Assembly (NCBI GenBank): GCA_965205655.1
Contig: CBDBIJ010000034.1
Span: 1 to 48,145, forward strand
From: Candidatus Latescibacterota bacterium
GTDB lineage: Bacteria; Latescibacterota; UBA2968; UBA8231
Direction of reading: 5' to 3'
DNA length: 48,145 nt
The notes below the pieces were generated by a model. That model did no database searches. It saw only the letters and a list, made by a program, of their open reading frames with translations, and had not been told where the DNA came from. Within the stretch, counting starts at the first letter, position 1. Every line of letters starts with the position of its first letter. A program made the position numbers and the translations under genes. Shown piece after piece: positions 1-8,043 of this stretch.

Positions 1-55
1 GGACATTTTCCTGCAACTTCGTCACATGTGCGCTCAGATCCTGCGTATCTTCCAT
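1..55 (-). CDS. 5' end of an unknown CDS running off the left edge (MEDTQDLSAHVTKLQENV...)
   Basis: Minus-strand ATG at 55 preceded by a strong RBS (GGAAGGAGGT); frame open to the window edge. Confidence 0.55.
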   Translation of the reverse strand, partial: MEDTQDLSAHVTKLQENV

Positions 56-199
56 CTGGGACCTCCTTCCGGGTTTGGGCGTAAGTGCATACACCCAAAG
101 TACCTTCGTGCCCGGAATTGGGGTCCCTCTTTTTGTGCAATTCTGCGTAAATCAGAACCTCCACCCATAACATACTGTGATGAAAAGCATATTACTTCG

Positions 200-482
200 A
201 TGAGCTGGACGGGTCGAGATCGCCGAGGAGTTCGCGCCCGAGTTCTACGCTCTGCATGAGGAGGTGCAGCACGCGATCCTGGCCATGTCCCGCCTGTTGC
301 AACAGTTCGGTCCGTACTTGGGACGGCCCCGAGCGGGCACGCTGAACGGCTCGCGCCACGCGAGCATGAAGGAGATGTGTTTCACCGCAGCCGATGGAGA
401 ACGGCGGCTCGCCTTCGACCCCAGGCGTAGCGCCATACTTCACGTCGCAGGCGACAAGTCGGGCGGTAGCTCCAGGAGGTAA
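200..482 (+). pseudogene. RelE/ParE-superfamily (Gp49/DUF891-like) TA toxin, frameshifted and C-terminally truncated
   Basis: ATG200 MSWT, then frameshift into VEIAEEFAPEFYALHEEVQHAILAMSRLLQQFGPYLGRP..TLNGSRHASMKE..AFDPRRSAILHVAGDKSGGS; stops before the usual C-terminal helix; no antitoxin follows. Confidence 0.75.
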
Positions 483-520
483 TTGAGGACATATGGGAAA
501 GCGCTGACAAAGAAAAGACT

Positions 521-724
521 ATGGACTTCCACATGTCCGGCTCGTGTCACTACCGTCTAGCAGACGAAGAGTTCTGCGACTTAACACCTTCGAACGTGAC
601 GCTATTGACCCAACAGCCTGACGGCTCGGTCCGCGCCGTGAAAGGCTCTTATGTGAGGATAAGTGCACACATGCACGCGGGCGCACCGCCTATCCAACCG
701 GAGCCCGCGGAGTTAGAGACATAG
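521..724 (+). CDS. Hypothetical protein, possibly a C-terminal fragment (frame open upstream: ..EVIEDIWESADKEKT-MDFH..)
   Basis: 67-aa ORF, no recognisable motif. Confidence 0.35.
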   Translation: MDFHMSGSCHYRLADEEFCDLTPSNVTLLTQQPDGSVRAVKGSYVRISAHMHAGAPPIQPEPAELET

Positions 725-901
725 CCAACCCGAACTCCGAATCGAGTGGGACAGACGAAGGGGTGAATGGTTTCGGGCGTCGAATCTGGAGGATCGGTGC
801 GGGCTGACGGATAGAGCCGCAAGCACGGGCCCTGCGCCGCATAGAGGTACGGTGCGTGGCTCCCTAGGCAGCGTGAAAGTCTGCGTACGGGCTCGTGTGA
901 G

Positions 902-931
902 CTGACACTCCACAGCTTGTTTCGGTATATT
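902..931 (+). promoter_or_regulatory. Candidate sigma70 promoter for the PRTase/DprA/HAD operon
   Basis: CTGACA-N18-TATATT about 80 bp upstream of the first ORF. Confidence 0.35.
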
Positions 932-1011
932 GGGACTCCTCAAGCGGGTTGCGCTGGCCCCAAGAGCTGGCCCAGTAGTAGTGCAACTATTCGCGCCTAT
1001 ACAGGCGAGGA

Positions 1012-2012
1012 GTGAGAGATGGACGGATTTTCGTCACTGTGCACACTCCCATGACTCCGGGCACAGCGGACCCATGGGGCCCACTGCGCGATATCCGTCT
1101 CGGCCGGGCAAAGGACAGCCTCGAGTCAGGGAATCCCGCTGAAGCGATCGAGTGGCTTGAGCGTGCGCCCCGGACGCCCGAGAGGCGAGCAGTTGAAGCC
1201 GAGGCGCGGTACCGGCTTGCCAGCGAGCTGATCATGAAGCGTCGCTTCGCAGACGCGGAGACCGAACTGAGACAAATCCCGTACGACTCGTCCATCAATC
1301 GTTGTCTCACCGAGGAGCGAGTCCGCCTTCTGAGAATCCGCGGAGAGACGACCTCCGACCTTCGAGAGATGGCCGGGGGGGGGATCTCTACGCAATCGCA
1401 ACGTGCCCTCACCAGGCGTCCGGAGTGCCGCCTGCACGGGCATTGCCGCCAACCGGCTTTGCCCCTCTTATCGAAGGAGCCTATGCGGCTGCGTCCTACC
1501 GCTCCCGCTGGGATCAGCAATGGGCCGATCCCATGAGTCAGCTCCTTCGTTTAGAGAAGAAGGCACTCGAACGACCTGCGGTCCGGTTCCTAGGGCTTCT
1601 GCTGGCCTCGTACGTGTGCCATCATACACCGCTTGTCGGAGCCATAGATGCTCTCGTGCCTATCCCGACATCCCGTTCACGCGCGGAGGCGCGGGGAGGA
1701 TGCATCCCTCAGGAGCTAGCGGAGGCAATTCAGGACGAGTTGGCGATTCCCATCAGGGAAGCGATCAAGACGAGCGGTGATTACGAGGGCCACCAACAGG
1801 TGCAAGGGAGGGCGCGGGAGCAAGCGCTCCGATGTGCCTGGGTCGTCAAAGAGGACCCCGTGCTTCAGGGTCGCAGAGTGGCGGTCGTCGATGACATCAT
1901 CACCACAGGGACCACGATGAAGGCGGCAGCAACCATGCTCCTCGAGAAGGGCGTCGGAGGTGTCTTCGCACTCGGTCTGTTCCACACCGAGTCGAGCCGT
2001 AGCGCTACGTGA
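1012..2012 (+). CDS. TPR-like N-terminus plus ComF-type phosphoribosyltransferase, split by a frameshift in a G9 tract (1375-1383)
   Basis: Frame 1012 gives helical TPR-like repeats (AKDSLESGNPAEAIEWLERA..EARYRLASELIMKRRFADAETELRQI); frame 1302 gives LVPIPTSRSRAEARG and the PRPP motif VAVVDDIITTGTT; G7 or G10 would join them. Confidence 0.75.
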
Positions 2013-2028
2013 CCTCCACCCGATCCGG

Positions 2029-3006
2029 ATGCGCGAGCTCATGCGACAGTTAGACAACGACATGTCGACAAGCGGCCTGAGCGTCCGGGAACTCGAGAGC
2101 ATCTATGCGTTGGACTCGATCAAGCAGTTCGGTCCTCAGAAGTTCAAGCAACTGCATGAAGCGGGGCTGGATCCCGCTCAGGTCTTGGACGATCACACTC
2201 TCCTCCCCATAGAGGGGAAGAGGGGCGAGCAATTCCGCGGAGAGATCGCCGAGATGACAGGTGACGCGCGTGGCAACGCGCGGGCGAGGGCGGAACGTCA
2301 GCTCGAGCGAGCCAGGGAGCTACGGGCGACCATCCTGACGTACCGGCACCCCTGCTACCCGGCCAATGTGTTCCATAGCAACAACCCCGTGCCGGTGCTC
2401 TATGCACGGGGAAACTGTGAGGTCCTTAAGTCTGAGTCTGTCGTTGCATGCGTCGGGTCGCGCAGGATTCGGCCACCTTATTCCCGAGTGCATGAAGTCC
2501 TTGCCTCCGGGGCTGCGAGGGCGGGTTTTGCGATCGGGTCGGGATTCGCCCTCGGGGCGGACACGATCGGTCATCGGGCCGCGTTCGAATCAGGGGGACG
2601 TACGATCTGCGTCCTTCCGGGGGGCGTGGATCGACCGTTTCCACCCGAGAACGACAACCTGTGGAACCAGCTCTTGGAATACCCGGGTGCCGTGATGATG
2701 AGTGAGTTCGCGTTCGGCACCGGAGCGTCCAAGCTGACGCTTCGGAAGCGGAACAAGCTCATCGTTGCCTGCGCAAGAGCGATTTTCGTCAGTCAATCCG
2801 CGCTGAACGGCGGAGCGATGAACGCGTATCGTTTTGCCCGGGAACAAAAGAAGCTTGTCGCTACGTGCGAGACGGACTGTAGGGAAGACACTTCGGGGAA
2901 CGCCAAGATCGGGGAGGAGCTCCGGCAGGACGATGCCTTGTTCACAGCAGATACATCGGGACAGGAGTTCGTGGATTGGCTGCAAGGGTCATACTCCTTG
3001 ATCTAG
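2029..3006 (+). CDS. dprA: DprA/SMF (SLOG) family protein, short form without C-terminal winged helix (ShosA-like)
   Basis: Motifs VACVGSR, SGFALGADTIGH, TICVLPGG, RNKLI, GGAMNAYRFA; N-terminal SAM-like IKQFGPQKF; start uncertain (2029/2041/2062). Confidence 0.9.
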   Translation: MRELMRQLDNDMSTSGLSVRELESIYALDSIKQFGPQKFKQLHEAGLDPAQVLDDHTLLPIEGKRGEQFRGEIAEMTGDARGNARARAERQLERARELRATILTYRHPCYPANVFHSNNPVPVLYARGNCEVLKSESVVACVGSRRIRPPYSRVHEVLASGAARAGFAIGSGFALGADTIGHRAAFESGGRTICVLPGGVDRPFPPENDNLWNQLLEYPGAVMMSEFAFGTGASKLTLRKRNKLIVACARAIFVSQSALNGGAMNAYRFAREQKKLVATCETDCREDTSGNAKIGEELRQDDALFTADTSGQEFVDWLQGSYSLI

Positions 3007-3569
3007 ATGGTACGGTCTGGGACAGCTATCCCTGGTACAGCCGGGTGCTGGAGCGTACTGGACTCATCCGGGCAGAGGAGGCGGAGAGCGCGTTGAGGCA
3101 GGGGCGCCCGATCATCCGCCTCGGGAAGGATCTGGGCGTGTCCCGCAGTCGCCTGATCCGCATGATCCAGGACACCTCCGAGCCGATACCCATCTATCCC
3201 GGGGTCGAGGCAAGCCTCGCTCGGCTTTCCGCGAGGAGAACCACGCTCGGCATCGTTACTAGTTTGTCCGGTGCCATTGCACTTCCGATGCTGGCCAAGG
3301 CCAGCATCGACAGCTTCTTCCAGACCATTGTGCATCCGGGCGTCTGTCGCACCTATAAACCCGACGCGCGTCCTATCCTCGTTGAGCTGGAAGCATTGGC
3401 CGAAGCCGCCTCGTCCTCGGTCGTCTACGTCGGTGACCGGGAGGAAGATGCTGCTGCTGCCCGGAACGCAGGGATCCGGTTCGCGTGGGCGTCCTTTGGT
3501 TATGGTACTAGAACGCCATCACTCGAGGAGACTGTACTGGCAAGGTTTGGTGAGATTGTCGAGCTATGA
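2976..3569 (+). CDS. HAD-superfamily hydrolase (phosphatase)
   Basis: Motif I DLDGT, II VTS, III KPD, IV VGDREED; overlaps the dprA end. Confidence 0.92.
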   Translation: MAARVILLDLDGTVWDSYPWYSRVLERTGLIRAEEAESALRQGRPIIRLGKDLGVSRSRLIRMIQDTSEPIPIYPGVEASLARLSARRTTLGIVTSLSGAIALPMLAKASIDSFFQTIVHPGVCRTYKPDARPILVELEALAEAASSSVVYVGDREEDAAAARNAGIRFAWASFGYGTRTPSLEETVLARFGEIVEL

Positions 3570-4690
3570 GGTACCTGTACAAGATCTGGAGTGGGTACGA
3601 CGGTTTCACTCCTACACAGATCCCGAACCGCAAGGATAGTGACGGCCGTCTCAAACTCGGTTGGCGGCGGTACCTGGATGTTGTAGAACCCGAAGACGAG
3701 GTCTGGGTCTACTTCCATGGCCGTGACGCCTTTGAGGATGGCGTCTATCTGAAAGGCATCCTTGATGATATCAACGTCAGTGATAGACGCGCTTTTCTCG
3801 TCATCACCGAAGAGTCGACGGAGCAGCCGCTCACCGCTGCAGTGACATCAAGGCGCGTCGCCGCTACAGTATCCCAAAGATATAGGCAGATATTTCTCTA
3901 CCCTCAGGCTTGGGGAGACGACGAAACGTGCACTGCACTCAGTACCGGGTCCACCTGTGCGGAGAAACACTGCGAACTGTGTGACATCTGGATGGACCTA
4001 CCGATAGTTCGACGACAGGAGCAGAGGCGGCCCAGTCGGCTTTCACCGAACGTGATCGAGTTCGTGCCAGGGTACTGGGTCATTCCGAGTAGGTGTTTCC
4101 TCTACTCCGAGACCCACCCCATCCTATCTGAAGTAAAACGGTCTACCGAGCTCTTCTATACGTTCAAGCTTGGGGCCGAAAAGCTCGCTTATCCGCTCGG
4201 CCTAGGTGTCTACGAAGCACTGAGGAACCGTGGCCTGACCGCTTTTGATGCGATCGTGCCAATACCGCTTTCACCCGACAAGGCGCACTCAGGCGAACTG
4301 CATCGCACTCGTGCACTGGCCCGCCAGCTCTCACAATTCTTAGGGGTTCCAGTCCGAGAGATGCTCTCGTTGACACAGCCGATATCCAAGGGTAGGGCGA
4401 GACAGGCCGGGTGGGGGATCGCACAGTTCGAGGGAAGTTACCGCGAAGCCATGCGTGTTGACGCGTCAGCAGCCTTACCTGCAAGTATCCTTCTCGTCGA
4501 TGATGTAATAACTAGAGGAAGTACGCTAACTATGGCGGCCGAAGCTATAAGGGATTGCAATCCGGACGTGGAAATCAAGGCTGCATTGGCGGGCCAGATG
4601 ATTCTTCGGGAGTCGGTGGCTGACGCGTCCCGATTTCTGCGCTGCAGTAATGCTCACAGCGGTCCTTGCCGTTTTCCTGCGCCAGGATGA
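3566..4690 (+). CDS. ComF-type phosphoribosyltransferase with an N-terminal EVE/PUA-like domain and a Cys4 linker
   Basis: IVPIPLSP and [14 protein letters not shown]-x8-C-x4-C-x2-C; ATGA overlap with the HAD stop. Confidence 0.82.
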   Translation: MRYLYKIWSGYDGFTPTQIPNRKDSDGRLKLGWRRYLDVVEPEDEVWVYFHGRDAFEDGVYLKGILDDINVSDRRAFLVITEESTEQPLTAAVTSRRVAATVSQRYRQIFLYPQAWGDDETCTALSTGSTCAEKHCELCDIWMDLPIVRRQEQRRPSRLSPNVIEFVPGYWVIPSRCFLYSETHPILSEVKRSTELFYTFKLGAEKLAYPLGLGVYEALRNRGLTAFDAIVPIPLSPDKAHSGELHRTRALARQLSQFLGVPVREMLSLTQPISKGRARQAGWGIAQFEGSYREAMRVDASAALPASILLVDDVITRGSTLTMAAEAIRDCNPDVEIKAALAGQMILRESVADASRFLRCSNAHSGPCRFPAPG

Positions 4691-4767
4691 GCTCCTGCGC
4701 GGACGGCAGCAGACCCAGGCGTTCCTGAGGCGCACCGGTAGTCCACTTGGACAGAGAGGGAGGCTAA

Positions 4768-5208
4768 GCCTATGCCGACGCTTGCCTCAAGGCGGGCATC
4801 TCAAAAAGCACATTCCAACTGCGGAAACAGAAGGGAAAGGAGCAGAAAAAGGGGAGGTTTTCGGAGTTTTGGGACGAACTAAAAGAGGCCGAGGCAGGAT
4901 TTCGGGCTACCCGTCTTCAACGGCTCGTAGATGCTGCGGAAAAATCAAAAGTTCGGGTTCGCAAAACAGTACGGAGCATCGGGGAGGGCGATGATGCCAA
5001 GATATTCCAGGAGGTCGTCGAGGATACCGTGCTGCCCGATCCCAAGTGGGACGCCTGGCTGCTGGAACGCAAGTATCCCGAGCAATACAGCCGTAAGCAC
5101 TTGGAGATTAACGCGAACACCGAACCGCCCCCCGTTATGCAGCTGGTAATCGTCGATCCGGTCAAAAAAAGGGAGACGGATGCCAACAGGGATCCGCGCT
5201 TGCCATAG
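4768..5208 (+). pseudogene. Phage terminase-small-subunit-like HTH protein, 5'-truncated or disrupted (not in ORF track)
   Basis: Frame +1: AYADACLKAGISKSTFQLRKQKG..FSEFWDELKEAEA..KWDAWLLERKYPEQYSRKHLEINANTEPPPVMQLVIVDPVKKRETDANRDPRLP*; in-frame TAA at 4765. Confidence 0.65.
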
Positions 5209-5300
5209 CGCCAGGATCCGCCGGCCTCGATTGCGGGGGGATCGCCGAGCAGGTGGCGCGCGATCACCGGCAATAGATCGCTCCAGGCATCGCCGTTCAC
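5187..5300 (-). pseudogene. N-terminal stub of a phage/plasmid primase-like protein
   Basis: GTG at 5300 (GTGA overlap with the upstream stop), MNGDAWSDLLPVIARHLLGDPPAIEAGGSWRYGKRGSL; resembles the ARHLLG..R(Y/F)G..GSL primase N-terminus, then runs into antisense of the TerS-like remnant. Confidence 0.5.
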
Positions 5301-7171
5301 GCGGGCAGCCTTTCCCGCAGCAGCCAGCACCAGGCAACGCACCGCGCCGCGTCGCCCAACCAGGGGGCCGGCAGCCGTCCGGGCAGTCGCGGGCGCACCG
5401 GTTCGGGTGCCGGCGGTCGCAGCCGCGACCAAGCAGCCGCGCCGCCTTCGCCGGGCCTCGCAATGGTGCAGCGCACGAGCGGCAGGCTGTCGAGTTCCGG
5501 TCGGGGCCAAATCTCGAAGGCCAGCAGCTTGCCGGTCTCGCTGGCGGTCAGCCGGTATCCGTCGACCAGGGGCGCCAGCCGGCGAAGAATCAAAGGGGCG
5601 ACCTCGACCAGGGGCGACGTTCTGATGTCGCCGGTCGACAAGGTGACGTGTAACAGCTCGGTCGATTTTCGTCTCGAGGCGCCGTTCACGTCGGGCAGGC
5701 TTTGCCGCACAAAGCAGCAGGGCAGCCAAAGGCCGGCGGGGCCGTGCTCGATGGCGGCCTTTGTTCTGTGATTTCCGTCGACCACCAGCACCGGGCCGGT
5801 TCCGGGGGCGGGCAGTCCCTCGACTACCAGGGCCGGCCACTCGTCAAAGCGGCCGGCCTTCGCTTCTTTGACGCGACGGCGCAAAACGTCCGGGTCGCAC
5901 CCGTGCCGGCGAGCTTCCAGCCGAAGGCGCGCCACCGACACTCGTACCAACGGGAAGCTCGACGCGATCTTGTCGAGCAGCTCGCACCATTGCTCCACGG
6001 TCGCACCGGTCCGGCTCCAGGTGCGGTATCGGGCGCGCAACCGCGCCACCTCGCCGGGGGGGGCAGTCACTATGGCGAAGGCCGCACCGCCGACACTCGC
6101 GGCAGGTGTGCGGGCCGCGTTGCCATAGGGTTTCTCACGAATGCAGGCCGGTTTCCGGGTCCCTCCTGCCTCCGGCTCCGGCATTTTGTCGTGGGCGTGT
6201 TGTGGACACCAGACCGGCGACCAACCGTAGCCGCGGGGGTGTCCGTCGGGTTCCGGGCAGTCTGAACAAGGGAGGCCTTTCCAGGGTTCAGGGTTTTCCA
6301 CGGACGTTAAAACTGCCTTCAGGCCGTCGCGGTCCACTTTCTCACCGAGCAGCCCCAACCATTCCCGCTCGGATTGTTCCGCAATGCGCACCGCGTGCAA
6401 GGCGCCGGCCGGCAAGTAGCTTTCCACCGCCTCGCGTACGAGACGACGCATTTCCCCGGCCGGCATCGCCTCCGCCTCGACGGTTTGCTCGATGTCGAGA
6501 CGGCGCTGATCCCCGGCCTTGCGGGGTTTCTGCGGCAAGTCGAACTCGGCGATCTGTTCGGGGTTGATTGCAAGGCGCCGCAGCTCGAGCGGGGTTTCCA
6601 GGTGGCGCCGTAGCTCCGCCTCGACGTGCCGGTCGATCAGCACGCCGGCAGGGTCGAAGTCGCCCAGGAACAGCACCACGGCGCGCGCGCGGCCGGCCGC
6701 GTCGATTTCCTGCGCCGCCTCGTAACACAAGGTGGCGCTCGAAAATCCGCCGCAGGGGTAGAGGCTCACCGCCAATTCTCTGCACGTCGTCTGCAGCACT
6801 CCGGCCAGGCTCCGGGATTCGGTCCACACTTCGACGCGGGGCAGGTCCGGTCCCCACAGTTGCCCGCGATACCAGCCGGCGACACCCTGCAGAAAATCGC
6901 CGGGGCTATCCCAAGCCGGGACGTGAAAACCGCGCCGCGTCGCGTCGCTTATCCAGCCGTACGGGATACGGCCGGACCTCCGCAGCCCCAGGCAGCGCCG
7001 GATAATCAGCTTGTATCCGTGCTCCGTTTTGTCCACCGGCTCCGCAAGGCGGGGGTCCGTCATCCGGTAAAACAGATGACGGACGGATTGCGGGCGGTCC
7101 GCGCGCAGGACCTCGATCAGTTGCTCGTCGAGGGTGTCGAGTTGCTCCCGGGTGCGCCGGCGCCGGTTCAC
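5297..7171 (-). CDS. Multidomain protein: HTH + TopoVI-A/Spo11-like TOPRIM, Cys/His knuckle, ParB/Srx-like domain and unknown C-terminal module (possibly fused genes)
   Basis: SVRHLFYR, VEVWTESRSL, FLGDFDPAG, VEAEAM; CSDC..CPQH; VVDGNHR; GTG at 7171 overlaps the RHH stop (GTGA). Confidence 0.75.
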   Translation of the reverse strand: MNRRRRTREQLDTLDEQLIEVLRADRPQSVRHLFYRMTDPRLAEPVDKTEHGYKLIIRRCLGLRRSGRIPYGWISDATRRGFHVPAWDSPGDFLQGVAGWYRGQLWGPDLPRVEVWTESRSLAGVLQTTCRELAVSLYPCGGFSSATLCYEAAQEIDAAGRARAVVLFLGDFDPAGVLIDRHVEAELRRHLETPLELRRLAINPEQIAEFDLPQKPRKAGDQRRLDIEQTVEAEAMPAGEMRRLVREAVESYLPAGALHAVRIAEQSEREWLGLLGEKVDRDGLKAVLTSVENPEPWKGLPCSDCPEPDGHPRGYGWSPVWCPQHAHDKMPEPEAGGTRKPACIREKPYGNAARTPAASVGGAAFAIVTAPPGEVARLRARYRTWSRTGATVEQWCELLDKIASSFPLVRVSVARLRLEARRHGCDPDVLRRRVKEAKAGRFDEWPALVVEGLPAPGTGPVLVVDGNHRTKAAIEHGPAGLWLPCCFVRQSLPDVNGASRRKSTELLHVTLSTGDIRTSPLVEVAPLILRRLAPLVDGYRLTASETGKLLAFEIWPRPELDSLPLVRCTIARPGEGGAAAWSRLRPPAPEPVRPRLPGRLPAPWLGDAARCVAWCWLLRERLPA

Positions 7172-7395
7172 TGTGCGCCGCCCTTTTGTCCGTTGCGCCG
7201 CCTCGACGGCCGCAAGCGGGCGCGTACGGCGCCGATGCCGGCCTCGATGCAATCGCGCGCCACCTCGGCAACGCAGGTGTCGGCCTTGTCGGCCAGCGCT
7301 TCCAACGCCGCCCGGAGCTCGTTCGTTATGCCAAAGTTTATTCTGGCCGGATAGTGGGCACGCCGCCGGTACTGTCGCTCTGTCCGCCCTGTCAT
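7168..7395 (-). CDS. Ribbon-helix-helix (CopG-like) DNA-binding protein
   Basis: RINFGIT strand followed by two helices (NELRAALEALAD..VAEVARDCIEAG); GGAGAG RBS. Confidence 0.72.
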   Translation of the reverse strand: MTGRTERQYRRRAHYPARINFGITNELRAALEALADKADTCVAEVARDCIEAGIGAVRARLRPSRRRNGQKGGAQ

Positions 7396-7418
7396 GGGGG
7401 TTTCTCTCCGGGTTTATA

Positions 7419-7476
7419 GTGTGACCTGGTGTGACCTGGCGTCACTGAAAATACGCCGAACTCAATACCACGTCAA
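7419..7476 (-). promoter_or_regulatory. Sigma70 promoter for the RHH operon with downstream 10-bp tandem repeats (candidate operator)
   Basis: Minus-strand TTGACG(7476-7471)-N17-TATTTT(7453-7448); GTGTGACCTG x2 at 7419-7438 plus a partial third copy. Confidence 0.5.
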
Positions 7477-7518
7477 CTGCGCCATCATAAAGCCGCGACA
7501 ATGCCCTATCAGGCGCTA

Positions 7519-7547
7519 TTGCCAGGGCCGAAATAACTGCGTATAAT
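7519..7547 (+). promoter_or_regulatory. Sigma70 promoter facing the Cre-like gene, overlapping the lox-like site
   Basis: TTGCCA-N17-TATAAT. Confidence 0.6.
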
Positions 7548-7566
7548 TGCAGTTATCGGAAGTTAT
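7533..7566. other. loxP-like recombination site (13-8-13)
   Basis: ATAACTGCGTATA-ATTGCAGT-TATCGGAAGTTAT versus loxP ATAACTTCGTATA-ATGTATGC-TATACGAAGTTAT: 23 of 26 arm positions identical; next to a Cre-like remnant. Confidence 0.85.
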
Positions 7567-7602
7567 TCGTACCCTCTTACCCGGATTCCGCCGCATCGCA
7601 CC

Positions 7603-7984
7603 GTGAAAGCAACAGACGCCGCCGGGCTCTCGCCGGCCGGATGGCGGTCGCGGCCTCCCGCTCGCTCGTACAGGTCGCGGCCGCGCCGCTCGCCGGTCGG
7701 GCCGGCAACGGACCGGGTGCTGGCCGGCCTTCGACGGGAAGGCAAGGGCCGGGGCCGGGGCCAGGTCGACGGGGTGCGCTTCAGCGAAGTCGACACCGCG
7801 GCCGTGTTGCGCGCTCGCCGCAAACGACAGCGGGTCCGTCGCCGGCCTCCGCGACGCCGCCTTGCTGGCGGTGGCAAGCGATGGGCTGTTGAGGGTGCAG
7901 TCACCGGCGATGCCGGGCCACTATGCACGGGGCCAGTTGGCAGCACGGGGCGCCGTCGCTCGCGTCCGCTACGGTCGCGGATAA
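7603..7984 (+). pseudogene. Cre-like tyrosine recombinase remnant (frameshifted, large internal deletions)
   Basis: SPVGPATDRVLAGLRREGKGRGRGQV, then in another frame AGLRDAALLAVASDGLLRV (box I Arg; Cre RNLAFLGIAYNTLLRI) joined directly to QSPAMPGHYARGQLAARGAVARVRYG* (catalytic Tyr region; Cre NIVMNYIRNLDSETGAMVRLL). Confidence 0.8.
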
Positions 7985-7986
7985 AG

Positions 7987-8015
7987 CCTCATCGGGGGCG
8001 GGGGCCGATGCGAGG
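7987..8015. terminator. Imperfect hairpin between the convergent cre-like and terS genes
   Basis: CCTCATCGG..CCGATGCGAGG; no clear U-tract. Confidence 0.3.
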
Positions 8016-8043
8016 GTCGAAGGCGCAGCGCCTGGGCCTCGAA

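Noticed and set aside
858..895. Hairpin with GTGAAAGT..CGTACGG resembling group II intron domain V
   Set aside because: No AGC/CGC triad pairing in the right place, no domain VI and no RT
720..1010. Integron attC sites around the cargo genes
   Set aside because: No convincing RYYYAAC..GTTRRRY pair with internal dyad symmetry; no IntI
2029..3006. Housekeeping competence dprA/comF
   Set aside because: Inside a mobile element, coupled to a HAD and two atypical PRTases, and lacking the C-terminal domain and usual neighbours
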